Notes under the pieces: model-generated | Databases searched by the model: none | Seen by the model: only the letters and a program-made list of their open reading frames with translations | Told to the model about the DNA's origin: nothing | NCBI GenBank assembly: GCA_051294375.1 | Contig: JBJCIZ010000737.1 | Location: 1-14,763 of the forward strand | Reading direction: 5' to 3' | Length of the DNA: 14,763 nucleotides | Origin: Paraspadella gotoi | Lineage: Eukaryota > Animalia > Chaetognatha | Part shown: positions 1-11,017 of the stretch, one piece after another | How positions within the stretch are numbered: position 1 is the stretch's first letter | How the letters are laid out: each line of letters starts with the position of its first letter | Program-made: the position numbers and the translations under genes

Positions 1-730
1 ATGTGCTTTTTTTGTTAGCTGCTGTTTTAGGGATTTTGCCTAAAAATAAAAAAAAATAAAAAAAAAAACAACTTTCGATCTTTCGTTGTTTCTTGTCTTT
101 GTTTTTTTGTTTTTTTTTTATTCTGTAAAAATTCTAAATGTGGCTTACCAAAAATAATGGACAAGTACTTACTTTGTTTTCATCTCATACACATATACGG
201 CTGTTCAATGTTTGTTACGTTTTCAGTCTACATCCCCTGATGTTTTTTTACAAATATTGAAAATTGTAGATGATATATGCTGTTTAAAAGCTCCAGGAGG
301 GGATCCTAGCCGGAGCGCGCTACACTCATGGAACTGAGATTGCTTTGCAGAAAGTGTTTTGCTGACAAAATAGGAATCCCGTTTGAAAATCGGCGCGTCA
401 TTGCTTTGCTTTTCCTTCTTTTATCGCTGTTTCCGTCCGCCAACTCAACGCTTTTTTACATTTACTTTACCATAACTCGCTTGCCATTACTTTTAGCACC
501 TAAGCTGAGCGTGTACCCCTATCGTAGTTCCGGACCGCGTCTCATCATTACTCTGCCTTATCCTGCTCCGATACTCTAATCCTTTTGTTATATCATCTCT
601 CTCTCATCACTCGTCTACATCACTCCTTCATCTAATCTCTATCATCTAGCTTTCGGTGTCTTGGCTCGATTACGCCTTCCAACTCTCTTTGCCTATAATG
701 CTCTCTTTCGCTCTTCTGGTTATCCTATTG

Positions 731-753
731 CTCTCTCTTCTTTACTCCTCTCT

Positions 754-792
<39 letters not shown>

Positions 793-857
793 CTCTCTCT
801 CTCCCTCTCTCCCTCTCTCCTCTCCTTCCTCTCTCCTCTCCTCTCCTCACTCTCTCA
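731..857. repeat. Imperfect (CT)n microsatellite / polypyrimidine tract
   Basis: Directly visible ctctct runs; they generate the spurious SLSLSL ORFs 656-919 and 661-933. Confidence 0.95.
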
Positions 858-1309
858 CCGTTCTTGCCCCGCTCCTCCAATTGTGCGTCCTCAATACTCA
901 AATAATAATTATGCGATAAAACTTAAACCTTAACCTAACCTTACTTGTTTATGTAAAAACCCAAAAACAAACGTTACCGGGAAAATGGGAAAGAATAATC
1001 TGCTTAACAAAGGTCAAACAAAGGAGGGAGAACGCGGCAAAAAGGAAAACATGAAGCTCTTTTTTTATATATATTTTACTGCAAAAAGATCGCATAAGCT
1101 GAAAAAAAGCCAAAAAAAAATATCACTCTGAAAGCCAAATAAAATAAAGATTAATTAAAAAAAGCTTAATAAGAAAAAATATCAAAAAAAAGAAACCGGA
1201 AAAACTAAGAAGCCGAAAGAAAGTTCCAGCACGACCCCTCTAAAATGTCAATCCGGAATAATTAACGTTTCTTCTATTATGTGACGTTACTCTCTTTCAT
1301 TTCTTTGCT

Positions 1310-1333
1310 CTCCTCTCTCCTCTCTGCGGTCCT

Positions 1334-1368
<35 letters not shown>
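1310..1368. repeat. (CT)n microsatellite
   Basis: Directly visible. Confidence 0.95.
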
Positions 1369-1371
<3 letters not shown>

Positions 1372-1509
1372 AGAAAAACCCGTAACAGATTTCATATTAA
1401 TTCTTTGTATATTATTTATACATATTTTTTCTCTCGTTTTAACGAATTTAACCGGAACTTTTTTTTTCCGCCTTTCAAAAATTCTATTCACATATTACAT
1501 TTCAAGAAG

Positions 1510-1625
1510 TAGAGAGGAAAGGAGGGTGAGTAGAGAGAGAAGAGGGTACATTGAGAAGGATGAAGAGAGAGAGACGAGAGAGAAAGAGAGAGAGGAGAGA
1601 GAGAGAAGAGAGAGAGAGAGAGATT
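1510..1625. repeat. Imperfect (GA)n microsatellite / polypurine tract
   Basis: Directly visible; opposite orientation to the 1310-1368 tract. Confidence 0.9.
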
Positions 1626-1983
1626 AGAGGAAAGGGTTAAAGTGGAAAGAGTGAAAAGAGTCACAATAAACGAATAATCAGTAATAGACGAGAAGACTGA
1701 ATACTAATAATAAAGTTGATATAGATGTGACGGATATTCTATTAAATCGAGAGAAAAAAAAAAAAAAGACGGTATAATGTAGGAGGGGCGCGAGTAAGAG
1801 GAGGAGATGAGGAGGAGGAGAGGAAGAGGATTTTTCTCCTTAACTAATAACAATCGTTTGCGTGGCGAGTTTATTGGTTCGCTTGTTTTTCTTTTCATTA
1901 AAATATTTCTTCGTCGTTTCTGTGCCACTGTTCCTTTTCGTTTAAAAAGCTATTCTTTTTTTCGTTTTTCCTCTTTTCCTGAA

Positions 1984-1986
1984 TCT

Positions 1987-2026
<40 letters not shown>

Positions 2027-2055
2027 CTCTTTCTCTCTCTCTCTCTCTCCTCTCT
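1984..2055. repeat. (CT)n microsatellite
   Basis: Directly visible. Confidence 0.95.
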
Positions 2056-2350
2056 GGACCGCCCGTCCGGTTCAAAACCGGTATGTTGAAATTTATGAAA
2101 ATGGCTAATAATGTTGGTCCAATGCAAGCGACAAGCTTGTTTTTTGTTTTTCAACTCTTTTTATTCTTTATTTGTGTCTTTTTAAACCCCGCAACACTTC
2201 AGTTCCATGTTATATTACTAATCTATTACTTGAAAATAACTTATTTTTTCAGTCATAAATTAATAAATTAAATTTTAAATGTAGTAATAATAACTGGTTT
2301 CGTGCAACTGCAGCTTAAAAACCTAATACTTTCACAATACGATTCCCCAG

Positions 2351-2611
2351 AGCCTCGGCCGTCGTGGCCTTCGTCGGTTGAATCATTTCTCCCACGAGTT
2401 TGGGCTGGGTGTGGTGGACGACGACTCCTCCCACAGATTCCACCTAGTCGTCCGAACTCAAGACCGGACACTCTACAATGTTCCTCGTCTCGGTCCACCA
2501 AGATACACGCACGACTCAGTTGCAGCCGGTCACGGAACAGTGCGGACCAAGGTGGAGTCTGTGCGGAGACGAGAGATGGCAAAGCCTGAAGAATTAGAGG
2601 CCTTGGATGCG
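2351..2611 (+). CDS. Candidate internal exon of unidentified multi-exon gene A
   Basis: GC-rich island after acceptor ttccccag (AG 2349-2350). Open frame SLGRRGLRRLNHFSHEFGLGVVDDDSSHRFHLVV...REMAKPEELEALDA ends at a weak GTGTGC donor (2612), in phase with the next exon. An internal frameshift to the ELKTGHSTMFLVSVHQD frame is possible. No family recognised. Confidence 0.5.
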
Positions 2612-2998
2612 GTGTGCGCTGGGCTTTGTAGGGCTTACTGGCACGGGATAAGTAGGGGGGGAATATCCGAAAATAGGCCCACAAGCTTTCAATCAAGACT
2701 CTTCACAGTCTATTAGTTATTTAGTATTACAATGACCATCGTTTTTTTTTCTATTGCTTTTTACTACATAAGTAAATTGAATAACATTAAATTATTTTAG
2801 TTTTCGGTCGCTCAAAAAATATAAAAAATTCAGCTCCAATTTGTTTTGGAAAGGAGATTATACGGCGCTGAATTGATATTAACGGAAGCAGACGGCGAAG
2901 GGAAGGGGTTAAGGCACGAAACGAGTGCGTAAACAAGAGTTTTTGCCGGCACAAATCATAAATCAGAAAATATCTATCTGGATTTCGGGTTTGTCATT

Positions 2999-3027
2999 CC
3001 TCTCTCTCTTCTCCCTCTCTCTCTCTC

Positions 3028-3061
<34 letters not shown>

Positions 3062-3062
3062 C
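2999..3062. repeat. (CT)n microsatellite (intronic)
   Basis: Directly visible. Confidence 0.95.
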
Positions 3063-3625
3063 AAGGCCGCCGAGTTAACATCGAAGTAGGCATTGTCATT
3101 TCTCAAAGCAGAGAACATTTTTCCTGATTGCATTTTTCTTCTTACGAATTTATTCGCATTTTTTTATTTCGAATCGCATTGATGTCGACTTTAGACTCTC
3201 ATTTTCCCATTTCTTTATTTCCTGTTCGCAACACTTAGACCGAACGAGACCTTCCGGTTGGTCTTAGACATTCTTCGATATTCCGCTCCTTTTCTCGTTG
3301 CTTTCCTTTTTTCCTCCTTTTTTCGATTGCATGTTCGACCCTTGTGCGATTTCATCCTAAGATCCGGCGTATTTCGTCCCACGATGTTTTCGTTTTCGGC
3401 GTAGTGCATCAGTGTCTTTTTTTATTCCATCCTTTTCCATTTATATTTGGATTGCCGAAGAAACTAGTAGCATATTATCCGCCATATTTTATATATATAG
3501 TTCAGACAGAAGACAGAAATGATATCCTTTATTTAGGCCGCATGAAAACGCAATCATAGGACAGAAAAGATTTTTTTTTTTTTTATTAAATATGTAACGT
3601 TTTGCTTTTTGTTTTTGTTGATTAG

Positions 3626-3760
3626 GAGAGAGCCCGTGCTGCCGCCATCTCCCGAATTCGACACGAATCCGTGAGACCAAAAGATTTCTGAAACAGTTAT
3701 GGAAATGAAAGAACCAGAAAGTCCTCAGCTCCACGCCATCAAAACTCAATTGCGGGTTTG
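3626..3760 (+). CDS. Candidate exon of gene A (frameshifted as sequenced)
   Basis: T-rich tract plus ttgattag acceptor and a strong G|GTAAG donor at 3761. All three frames contain one stop (ERARAAAISRIRHES.. / ETKRFLKQLWK / MKEPESPQLHAIKTQLRV), consistent with indel errors or decay. Confidence 0.5.
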
Positions 3761-3796
3761 GTAAGCTCATCAAAAAATCCGCCTGCCCGCCCCATT

Positions 3797-3832
3797 TTCT
3801 CTCTCCTCTCTCTCTCTCTCTTCCTCTTCTCC

Positions 3833-3864
<32 letters not shown>
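3797..3864. repeat. (CT)n microsatellite (intronic)
   Basis: Directly visible. Confidence 0.95.
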
Positions 3865-3867
<3 letters not shown>

Positions 3868-4058
3868 TTTTCGCTCTGCTCCATCTTCTCTCTATCCTTC
3901 TTCCCTCCTTTTTCCGATTCCCTTAAATTAAAAAGGCAATTAAAAATCAGGAAGAATTTTTTTTTTCCTTTTACACTAGGTTGAATTATTATCAGCGACA
4001 TATATCTCGACTTGGGTCTTCTTTGCCAAATGGTTGAAAAAACTGAAATTCAATGCAG

Positions 4059-4059
<1 letters not shown>

Positions 4060-4135
<76 letters not shown>

Positions 4136-4146
4136 TTCTCTCTCTC
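4060..4146. repeat. (CT)n microsatellite (intronic)
   Basis: Directly visible, near-perfect ~85 nt. Confidence 0.95.
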
Positions 4147-4349
4147 ATGCGTGGATTCCTCTCCATACATCACCCGTCTCGATTAACACTTTTCTCCCTC
4201 TTTCCCATCTTCTCCGGAAATCGAAAAATCCCTTATTAAAAAATCTAGGAGGGGCAAAAAGAAAAAGTGGGAGCACAAGATTCCTGTGCCACGTGTGAGA
4301 GACGATATAAGAGACGAGAAAATCGAAGCGAAAAAAATAGATGAACAAG

Positions 4350-4703
4350 CAGAGAGGAGCAGATGAGAGAGAGGAGAGAGACTACATGAACACTAGAGAG
4401 AGATTGGAGTGTCAGTGGCAGAGGAGGAGGAGAGACGGGAGATGAGAGAGACTGAGACAGAAGAGAGAGAAGATAGAAAGAAAAGCTGAGATTTTTTCCG
4501 ACCGTCTATTTGTCACAGGCATGCCCCCTCATTAGCCATCCGTTCACACCATTTCTCTCCACTCAATCCACGCGTGTCACGTGGTATCGCTCACTATGAC
4601 CACATCTCCCAAAGGCAAAGGAGAGACGATGAGATAGAGAGAGAGAAGAGATGATAGACAGAGTGAGAGAGAGAGAGCACGACGAGAGGCGAGAGAGAGA
4701 GAG
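4350..4703. repeat. Degenerate (GA)n-rich low-complexity tracts (4350-4480, 4620-4703)
   Basis: Directly visible purine-rich gagaga runs. Confidence 0.8.
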
Positions 4704-5162
4704 TTTGTTCTAAATCCACAATCAGATCTTTTAAAAAAAATCGAATAAATCAAAAAACTGGAACCAGCTTCTCCTTTTGTTTTCTTTTTCTTCCTTTTTA
4801 TTTTCAATTTTCTCTCCCCCTTTTCTTCACGTAATTTTCTCCTCTCATGCCGATTAAGTCTCAACAGTTTTCGACCGAATTTTTTACCCTTTGATATCTT
4901 GCTCAACAATTTTTAACCCGCCACTGTCTCAGCAAATGGTCGCCGCATCCAGCCTTCAGTCAACTTCCTGATATACTTTGTGGGCTCCGGTCCCGGATTA
5001 TTTTAATCCTTTAAATCCTTATGCCTCCTTTATTCTTCTTCCTTCCCTTCGTCCGACACGATTTGCTTTTTTCCATTCTCTTATCATCTCCTTTTCTTCA
5101 TCCCCTTTTTCCATTTCTTTCTTCTCTCGCAGACCAAAGAAGAGGTTTTTTTCTCCCCTCAG

Positions 5163-5317
5163 TACAGTCAGGATTCCACAATTCAAATACAGAGACGTCG
5201 GTACGACGCGCAAGTACCCAAAGACCGCTCACAACGGTCGCGGACCACACAAAGCTAAGACGTACAGTTTTTGAGAATACTTAGGAGGAGGACAACCATG
5301 TTACGAATGAGAACAAG
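5163..5317 (+). CDS. Candidate exon of gene A (3' boundary uncertain)
   Basis: Long pyrimidine tract plus ctcccctcag acceptor. Frame TVRIPQFKYRDVGTTRKYPKTAHNGRGPHKAKTYSF is in phase with the ...IKTQLRV frame of exon 3626-3760 and is rich in C-ending codons. It breaks at a T5 homopolymer (~5268-5272). Confidence 0.45.
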
Positions 5318-5377
5318 GTGGAGAAACACCGATTGCATGATGATGATTGCACCGATCGAGTCGTTCCATTGTTCTAC

Positions 5378-5598
5378 CGATTAACTGATTAATTAAATGA
5401 TTAATGAACTGATTGACCTTAATGCTTGATTAAATTGATTGCTCAAATGATAAAATATTAATTAATTATTTGACTGATACGATTGATCGAAAAAGGTATC
5501 GTATGATTGATTGATGAATGATGATTGATGATTGAATTGCATTGATTCATTGATTGATTGATGATTGATTAATTGAATTGCGATAGACTGATTGATTG
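5378..5598. repeat. Degenerate (GATT/TGAT)n tetranucleotide repeat filling an intron
   Basis: Repeated tgattgattgatgattga motifs directly visible. Confidence 0.85.
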
Positions 5599-5640
5599 CA
5601 TCTATCGCTCGACTCACTTCCGTCCCCACTCTCCCACCAG

Positions 5641-5951
5641 CCCTTTACTACACGCGTGACCGGCGAGACAGCAACGCCGTCCGCATCATGACGATGGAGG
5701 AGTTTCCGTCGGTCTCCGCCGCAGGCTCGCTCTCCGTCGCGTGCGACACCGCTCACCCTCCATCAACCACCAGTGGCGTCCGCCGCATGCTGCCAGCAAC
5801 ATTCAGAACGGCAACATGCCGCGCGCCACAAGGTCTGTCGTGCATCCGCCAACGAGACGAGGGTCACGTCAACATCATCCACCAACTCCAGCACGAGGCT
5901 GAGTACGGAGTGATGGTGGAAGAAGAGATGGAAGAACCAGTGGGAGGTTAA
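5641..5951 (+). CDS. Candidate last (or late) exon of gene A
   Basis: Acceptor ctcccaccag (AG 5639-5640); GC-rich; open frame LYYTRDRRDSNAVRIMTMEEF...NIIHQLQHEAEYGVMVEEEMEEPVGG* followed by AT-rich sequence with AATAAA at 6017 and 6061. The middle may be in another frame. No family recognised. Confidence 0.5.
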
Positions 5952-6521
5952 ACAGTAAGCGAGGAGGGGAAAATGGATGCAACGGAGGTGAAAGAATGAA
6001 AAGAGGCTCAAGTAGTAATAAAAGTGTAAGAACATTAAATAATTATTAAAAATTAAAGCGAATAAATGAGATGAATCGAAAGTATCTGTCACAAAAACCG
6101 GTGTTGCTATACTATTTTTCTGTTCAGTTATCTTTTATATGCTTTTTTCTGGTAGAAGCCTCACTTTGGATAAGTGCACACTGTGCACAGTGCCCACGGT
6201 GCTCGCTTATATCCTCCGGTTTCCTAAAAGACTTCCTCCAGATGCGCTATCTCTATCCTAGTACGAGTTTTAATCTCAGCCTTCTTATAAAGATTTTTGC
6301 TTAACCCTCTAACTCTAACACCTCTAACCCATTTTTAAACTCACCACCGAAACCACGCCCACAGTTTTCTTATCTCCCTTCCGCTTTTCCCGCTACCGCT
6401 GCGACTCGGTGCCGCCACCGGCTCGACGGAATTCCGTCATTCGCCTCAAATTCGCTTTGGCGACGACCGCAGTCATCGTTCAAGCCTTCTCGGTTTCCTC
6501 ATAAATCTGCGTTAGTTTTCA

Positions 6522-6606
6522 TCGTCGTCGTCGTCGTCTCGTTGTCGTCGTTTTACGCCCCCGGACAAACAAAATCCATAGTTTTTTTTCGATGGCAACG
6601 GGTGAC

Positions 6607-6638
<32 letters not shown>

Positions 6639-6651
6639 ACGACGACGTCGA
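6522..6651. repeat. Inverted pair of trinucleotide repeats (TCG)n 6522-6550 and (CGA)n 6608-6651
   Basis: Directly visible; the arms are reverse complements. Confidence 0.9.
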
Positions 6652-6782
6652 CAGCACAGCGGTATATCCATATTCCAAACTTAATGATGGCGTTTTATAT
6701 CGCCGCATGCTATTGTTCGGGAAATTTTAGACGTGAAGCTTGTTAATAACCCGAAAGAGAGAACTCTGTATTCAAGAGTCTC

Positions 6783-6783
6783 A

Positions 6784-6814
<31 letters not shown>

Positions 6815-6841
6815 CTGCTCTCCTCTCTCTCTCTCCTCTCT
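6783..6841. repeat. (CT)n microsatellite
   Basis: Directly visible. Confidence 0.95.
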
Positions 6842-7203
6842 GACTCTTTTCAGTTCTTCTATTTCCGTTTTTTTTCGATTTTATGAATAACTCATCAGAG
6901 AGCACACGGCGTTCTCTTTCTCTGCTTTTCCGCCTTTTGTCCGCTCACGCCCTTTCACTTTCAAAAAACCAAAAAAAACGTTTTCCGCAATAACATTCAA
7001 TAGTCGCTGATTTTTAAGCACGACCGACGCACACGATAACGAAGACGACAATCCATCAGTCCACAAGTCTATTTAACCAAGTTATTAGACAATTATTACA
7101 CTAACCTCCAGTCTCTACAGTCAACGAATAGCCTTACCCCCTACCTCGCTCTCTTACCACCTCCGCCCTTAATACAACCCCTTGCATTCACCGTCCCCCT
7201 TAC

Positions 7204-9440
7204 ATCCCTTTCCTCCACGGCATCGTTCTCGGAAATCTCATCCGGGGGTATGAGCTACCCAGAATCTGAATCAGTGCGTCGTTCACGCGAGTTGGAATAG
7301 GCAACAAGCAGCGCCGATGGAATTAACATACTGAGATGGGAGTAGGAGTACTAAGTTTCATACGCAACCAAAGGTTTTAGAACCAATACTTTCCTTTTAA
7401 TTCCTTTTAATAGAAAGGGGGTGTCTACTACTGCTGAACATCGAAGCAGCTCGTAATAAGGCAGTCTGTAATAGTTAGGAATTAAGGTATTCCGCGATTA
7501 CGTTAAATGTACGGAAAAGACCGTTTCGAGGCACATACCGGGTTATATCTCAAAAGCGAATCAATCTTCAAAGAAGAGTTCACTCCCTGCGCCGGGGAAA
7601 ATACAGGCTGCCTTGTGCAAAAATACAGGTGCCTTGGTGCCCTAAATGAATTTCCATCGGCCGCGATCGAGCCACTATGCACTAAAGCTCCTCGTTGTTG
7701 TAGTCCAAGAGGCGATCAATCACTGACAGATGGAAAGCTTTTGCCAATCGGAAGCAAATGCGAGGCAGATGACGGAGGGGTGCGAGGGCGTGGCGGAGTC
7801 GGGAGCAATGACGGAAGAAGCTAGCGAGTCGATTCAGTGATGTGAGTGATAGAGAATTTGGAGTATTATGGTAATAACAATCGATGCGATATGTGATTTT
7901 AATGATACAGCATGGTTACATTAACCAATTTTCAACGTGTTTCGCGTGTCCGTGTTTGCGTGTCCTCAGGGATAGGCGTGACCCTCGACGCGAGTTACGA
8001 TCGAGAGGCGCCAAACGAGTCTTCACAGGTAATGGGCGCCGCCATTGACCAGTTTGGGTGCATCGAAGATTGGGGGTGGGAGATAAAAAAAAAAGAGGAA
8101 GAAAAATTTGAAGTGCGGGCGCCTGGGGTTTAGAGGCGGGAGGGGTGTCTTGTTGTCTGTGTATTTGGTTAGAAAAAGAGATATGAAGAAGATTTAATAC
8201 TTGACCCAGTGAGTGTGCGTGTGGCGTCGAAGGAGAGAGAGTGGGAGACGAGTTTACGAGGGAGTCTTTCTCTCTAGAGTCTTTATTTTGCCCTCATCTC
8301 CAGGACATCCAAGAGATGAATCGTGAAAGGGAGAGGCGCCTGGTTCATCGGAACTCTGGGCGGAATTCTTTGGCGTCAGTCCTCCGTGGCCTGTTTCTCA
8401 GGTTAGTCTCTTTACATTACTCACCATTTCTTACCACAATTCATGGTCCCGCTGCCATCTCAATCTCCACCCAAACTTCCGGAGAACAATCCACTCAAAC
8501 CCTTGCGCCGTCCTTAGTCTTAGAGCGTCCGAGAAAAAGACGCTGTTTTGACGTCGAAAGAAAAAAAAACAAAAAAGGAGAAAAAATGTGGGAACAAACA
8601 GCGGAATCAAAAGGAAGAATTGAAAGAAAAAAAGCTGAGAGGAAGCAAAGAGCCTTAAGATGTCAAAAAAAAATACACGAAAGAAAACAAAATTAGAACA
8701 AGAAGAAGAACAACAAAGAGCCAAACGGAGAAAAAAAAAGAACAAAAAGATTTTTACTGCGGAGAAAATAGAGGAAAAGGGCGATAGAACCGGCATAGTG
8801 CGCAAAATAAAGAATTTTCTCGCCTTTGAGATGGTACTTTTGTCAGCTTGAAGGGCATTTCTTTTGTTGGAAATGGCCTTCGTAGGGAATGGCGTTTCAC
8901 CGAGAGTGGCAATTCCTTGCCTTTGGTGGGGGTTTTCGTTGAGTTCAATTGAAATTTGCATCGTTCTTGACGTCAAAAACTCGGATAACCGTCAAACAAT
9001 TCGATAACGTCGTTGCTTTTCTTTATTCCCCCCCCCGCCTCGCGATTCTCCAATCCTCTTGGCCGGCTCACGCCTCGTCCCCGCCCCCTACCCAAAACAG
9101 TCTGGCGTGTATCGACGCAGGAAGATCAAAAAAGAAGGCGGCGGGCTTCGATACCCGCATGAACTCGGTGTCGAGCTTCTTCGCGTTCTCTCTTACTGCT
9201 CCTCACAGTTTTCTCTAGAACCCTCCTTTCTTATCTAGCTTTAGGCGAGAAACACTAAGAGTTTTTAGTTTAAAATTTTTTTTCGTATCAAATTTGCGTA
9301 CCAACGATAGGCGAATTCGATTTGAGCGCTTTCATGCAAAAAAATCAGCAATTCGGCGGTCCAGGCATTCAAAAGTTATGACCCAAAACGTCACCCAAAA
9401 TCCGCTTCCTCGCGTAATCACGTCGCCCTATGTTAAGGAT
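7204..9440 (-). CDS. Fragmentary multi-exon gene B (span of candidate exons 7204-7330, 7502-7820, ~7920-8070, 8435-8518, ~8822-9000, ~9091-9215, ~9350-9440); product unknown
   Basis: GC-richer islands, several bounded on the - strand by AG acceptors and GTAAG/GTAAT donors (+ strand cttac 7199, attac 7497, cttac 8430). They are separated by tracts that are pyrimidine/T-rich on the - strand. No continuous frame or recognisable domain. Confidence 0.3.
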
Positions 9441-9729
9441 TTCAATTTTGGTTCCATAAGGATTTGTACTACGAGCACGGTACGAGAAGAATGCTCGATT
9501 CCGGGCCCAAGATTCGAGCTTAGAAATCGAGCTTAGAAAATCGAATTCAACGAATCGGGGAAAAAGCTCATGAATATTTATAAAAATAAATATATATATA
9601 TAAATAAATATAAATATAAAAATAAAGAGAGAGAGAAAGTTACCAACAAAGATTTGAGAAAAGGACAAAGGTGAGAGCTGAGGACAGGATTAGTTTTAGG
9701 CCAGATGGAGTGATGATATTGAAAAGAAA

Positions 9730-9736
<7 letters not shown>

Positions 9737-9767
<31 letters not shown>
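9737..9767. repeat. Perfect (GA)~15 microsatellite
   Basis: Directly visible; last long GA/CT tract in the window. Confidence 0.95.
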
Positions 9768-9773
<6 letters not shown>

Positions 9774-9983
9774 CATTGAATCTGGATAAGGGAAATATTT
9801 ATATTTAGGCAATGTACAACAGAGAAAGTATTTAAAAATATTAAAATAAAATTCGTTTGTGCAAATTAAAATTTTTCCGAATAATATAATCTTTAAAGTA
9901 AACTGCCAAAGCTGGTAAATGATAACAAAATACGCGTTCGAACTTATAGATACGATTTTTATTCTCTTGTGATTTGTTTTAAG

Positions 9984-10868
9984 AACTTGCCATGTCCGTG
10001 AGCGATTTCAGGTACGGATTATGCGGTTCCAAGATAGCCCTACCAAGACGGATATCAATTTTTCAAAATTGATTACAGTGTACAATTTACAGCAGCCCTA
10101 ATATCAATGAGTCAACCGCATGAGCAAATCTCAAACTTAACTGAGCGGTTCGTAAGCTCCGTAATGCTGCCATTTTAATTTATGAGCAATATACACGAGA
10201 ACTTTTCTACAAATACATCATTTTTTTCTAAAAATACATTTCAAAACATTTGAACTAATCCGCTGACTATCATACTATCTTTTCATCGACTAATAAATGA
10301 TAACATAGTCGGGACAATTGGCATGGTAAGCTGATTCCTATTAATATACTCATAAAAATTGTACTAGTTGAAGAGACAGTAATTATTGTTATGTATTAGT
10401 GACAGAACCGTTCAATATAAGCAGTCCCTGAGCTTCGGGTTGGTAGGCGAATGACTTGCCTCCAGCACCAATGGCCGCTGATGAACGGTTGGTAGATTTT
10501 AATCCACCATATAGTTTTATTTAAAATAAAAATTATTGATTTGTATTGAAGTTCAATTAAACACAAATTGTTGCATTTTTCAACAATAATTATTATCTAA
10601 TAAAACATAACACACGGTATTTCAGGTATTATTATCCAATTGACAGATTATCTTCAGGATTAAATAGCGAGAGAGAGCAAAAAATCAGTGATTAATACTT
10701 TTATCCATCTTCGCCCATTTTCATTGTAGAAATCAAGAAAAAAATAATTTATTATAAATTGACTAAGGGGAAAAAGTGTAAAAAAAAGCAATCTTTGCTT
10801 GATGACTGCAACCACGATGATTACGTTGACCCAACAGGACTACCGATTGATTCTGAAACAAATGAAAA
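9984..10868 (+). CDS. Candidate upstream (extracellular-part) exons of gene C: ~9984/10012-10151, ~10255-10325, 10400-~10512, 10626-~10726, 10768-10868
   Basis: Acceptors ttttaag/tttcag/tattag/actaag and donors gtaag (10152, 10326) and gtaaa (10869). Frames include PYQDGYQFFKIDYSVQFTAALISMSQPHEQISNLTERF and GKKCKKKQSLLDDCNHDDYVDPTGLPIDSETNE. The joins need indel corrections. Confidence 0.3.
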
Positions 10869-10926
10869 GTAAAAACAAAATCACTTTTTAAAATATTTAC
10901 GGGGATTTAAATAAAATCTTTACCAG

Positions 10927-11017
10927 ATTGAAAAAAGTAATCTTGAAGTATCTGGAGACTCGCTGATCGCCTTTGTTGCTGCCCTCGTATTAAGCGCCGT
11001 CGGATGCTGTCGATTTT
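10927..11017 (+). CDS. Gene C exon encoding a probable transmembrane helix
   Basis: ttttaccag acceptor; IEKSNLEVSGDSLIAFVAALVLSAVGCCRF; donor gtaac at 11018 (phase 1). Confidence 0.5.

Noticed and set aside
4287-4586. CCACGTG ... CACGTGG as MITE terminal inverted repeats
   Set aside because: Match is only ~7-9 bp around a self-palindromic E-box, with no target duplication.
656-4909. ORFs rich in SLSLSL or RERERE (656-919, 661-933, 1297-1491, 1807-2271, 1942-2154, 3489-4001, 3976-4298, 4577-4909)
   Set aside because: They are translations of stop-free CT/GA microsatellites and low-complexity tracts, not genes.
7313-7661. 10-bp inverted repeat GCCGATGGAA/TTCCATCGGC
   Set aside because: Expected by chance in 15 kb; no target-site duplication.
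8241-8976. Long ORFs 8241-8696 (+), 8660-8851 (+) and 8431-8976 (-)
   Set aside because: Driven by A/G-rich low-complexity sequence (poly-K/E/R or poly-F); only parts may be exons of gene B.
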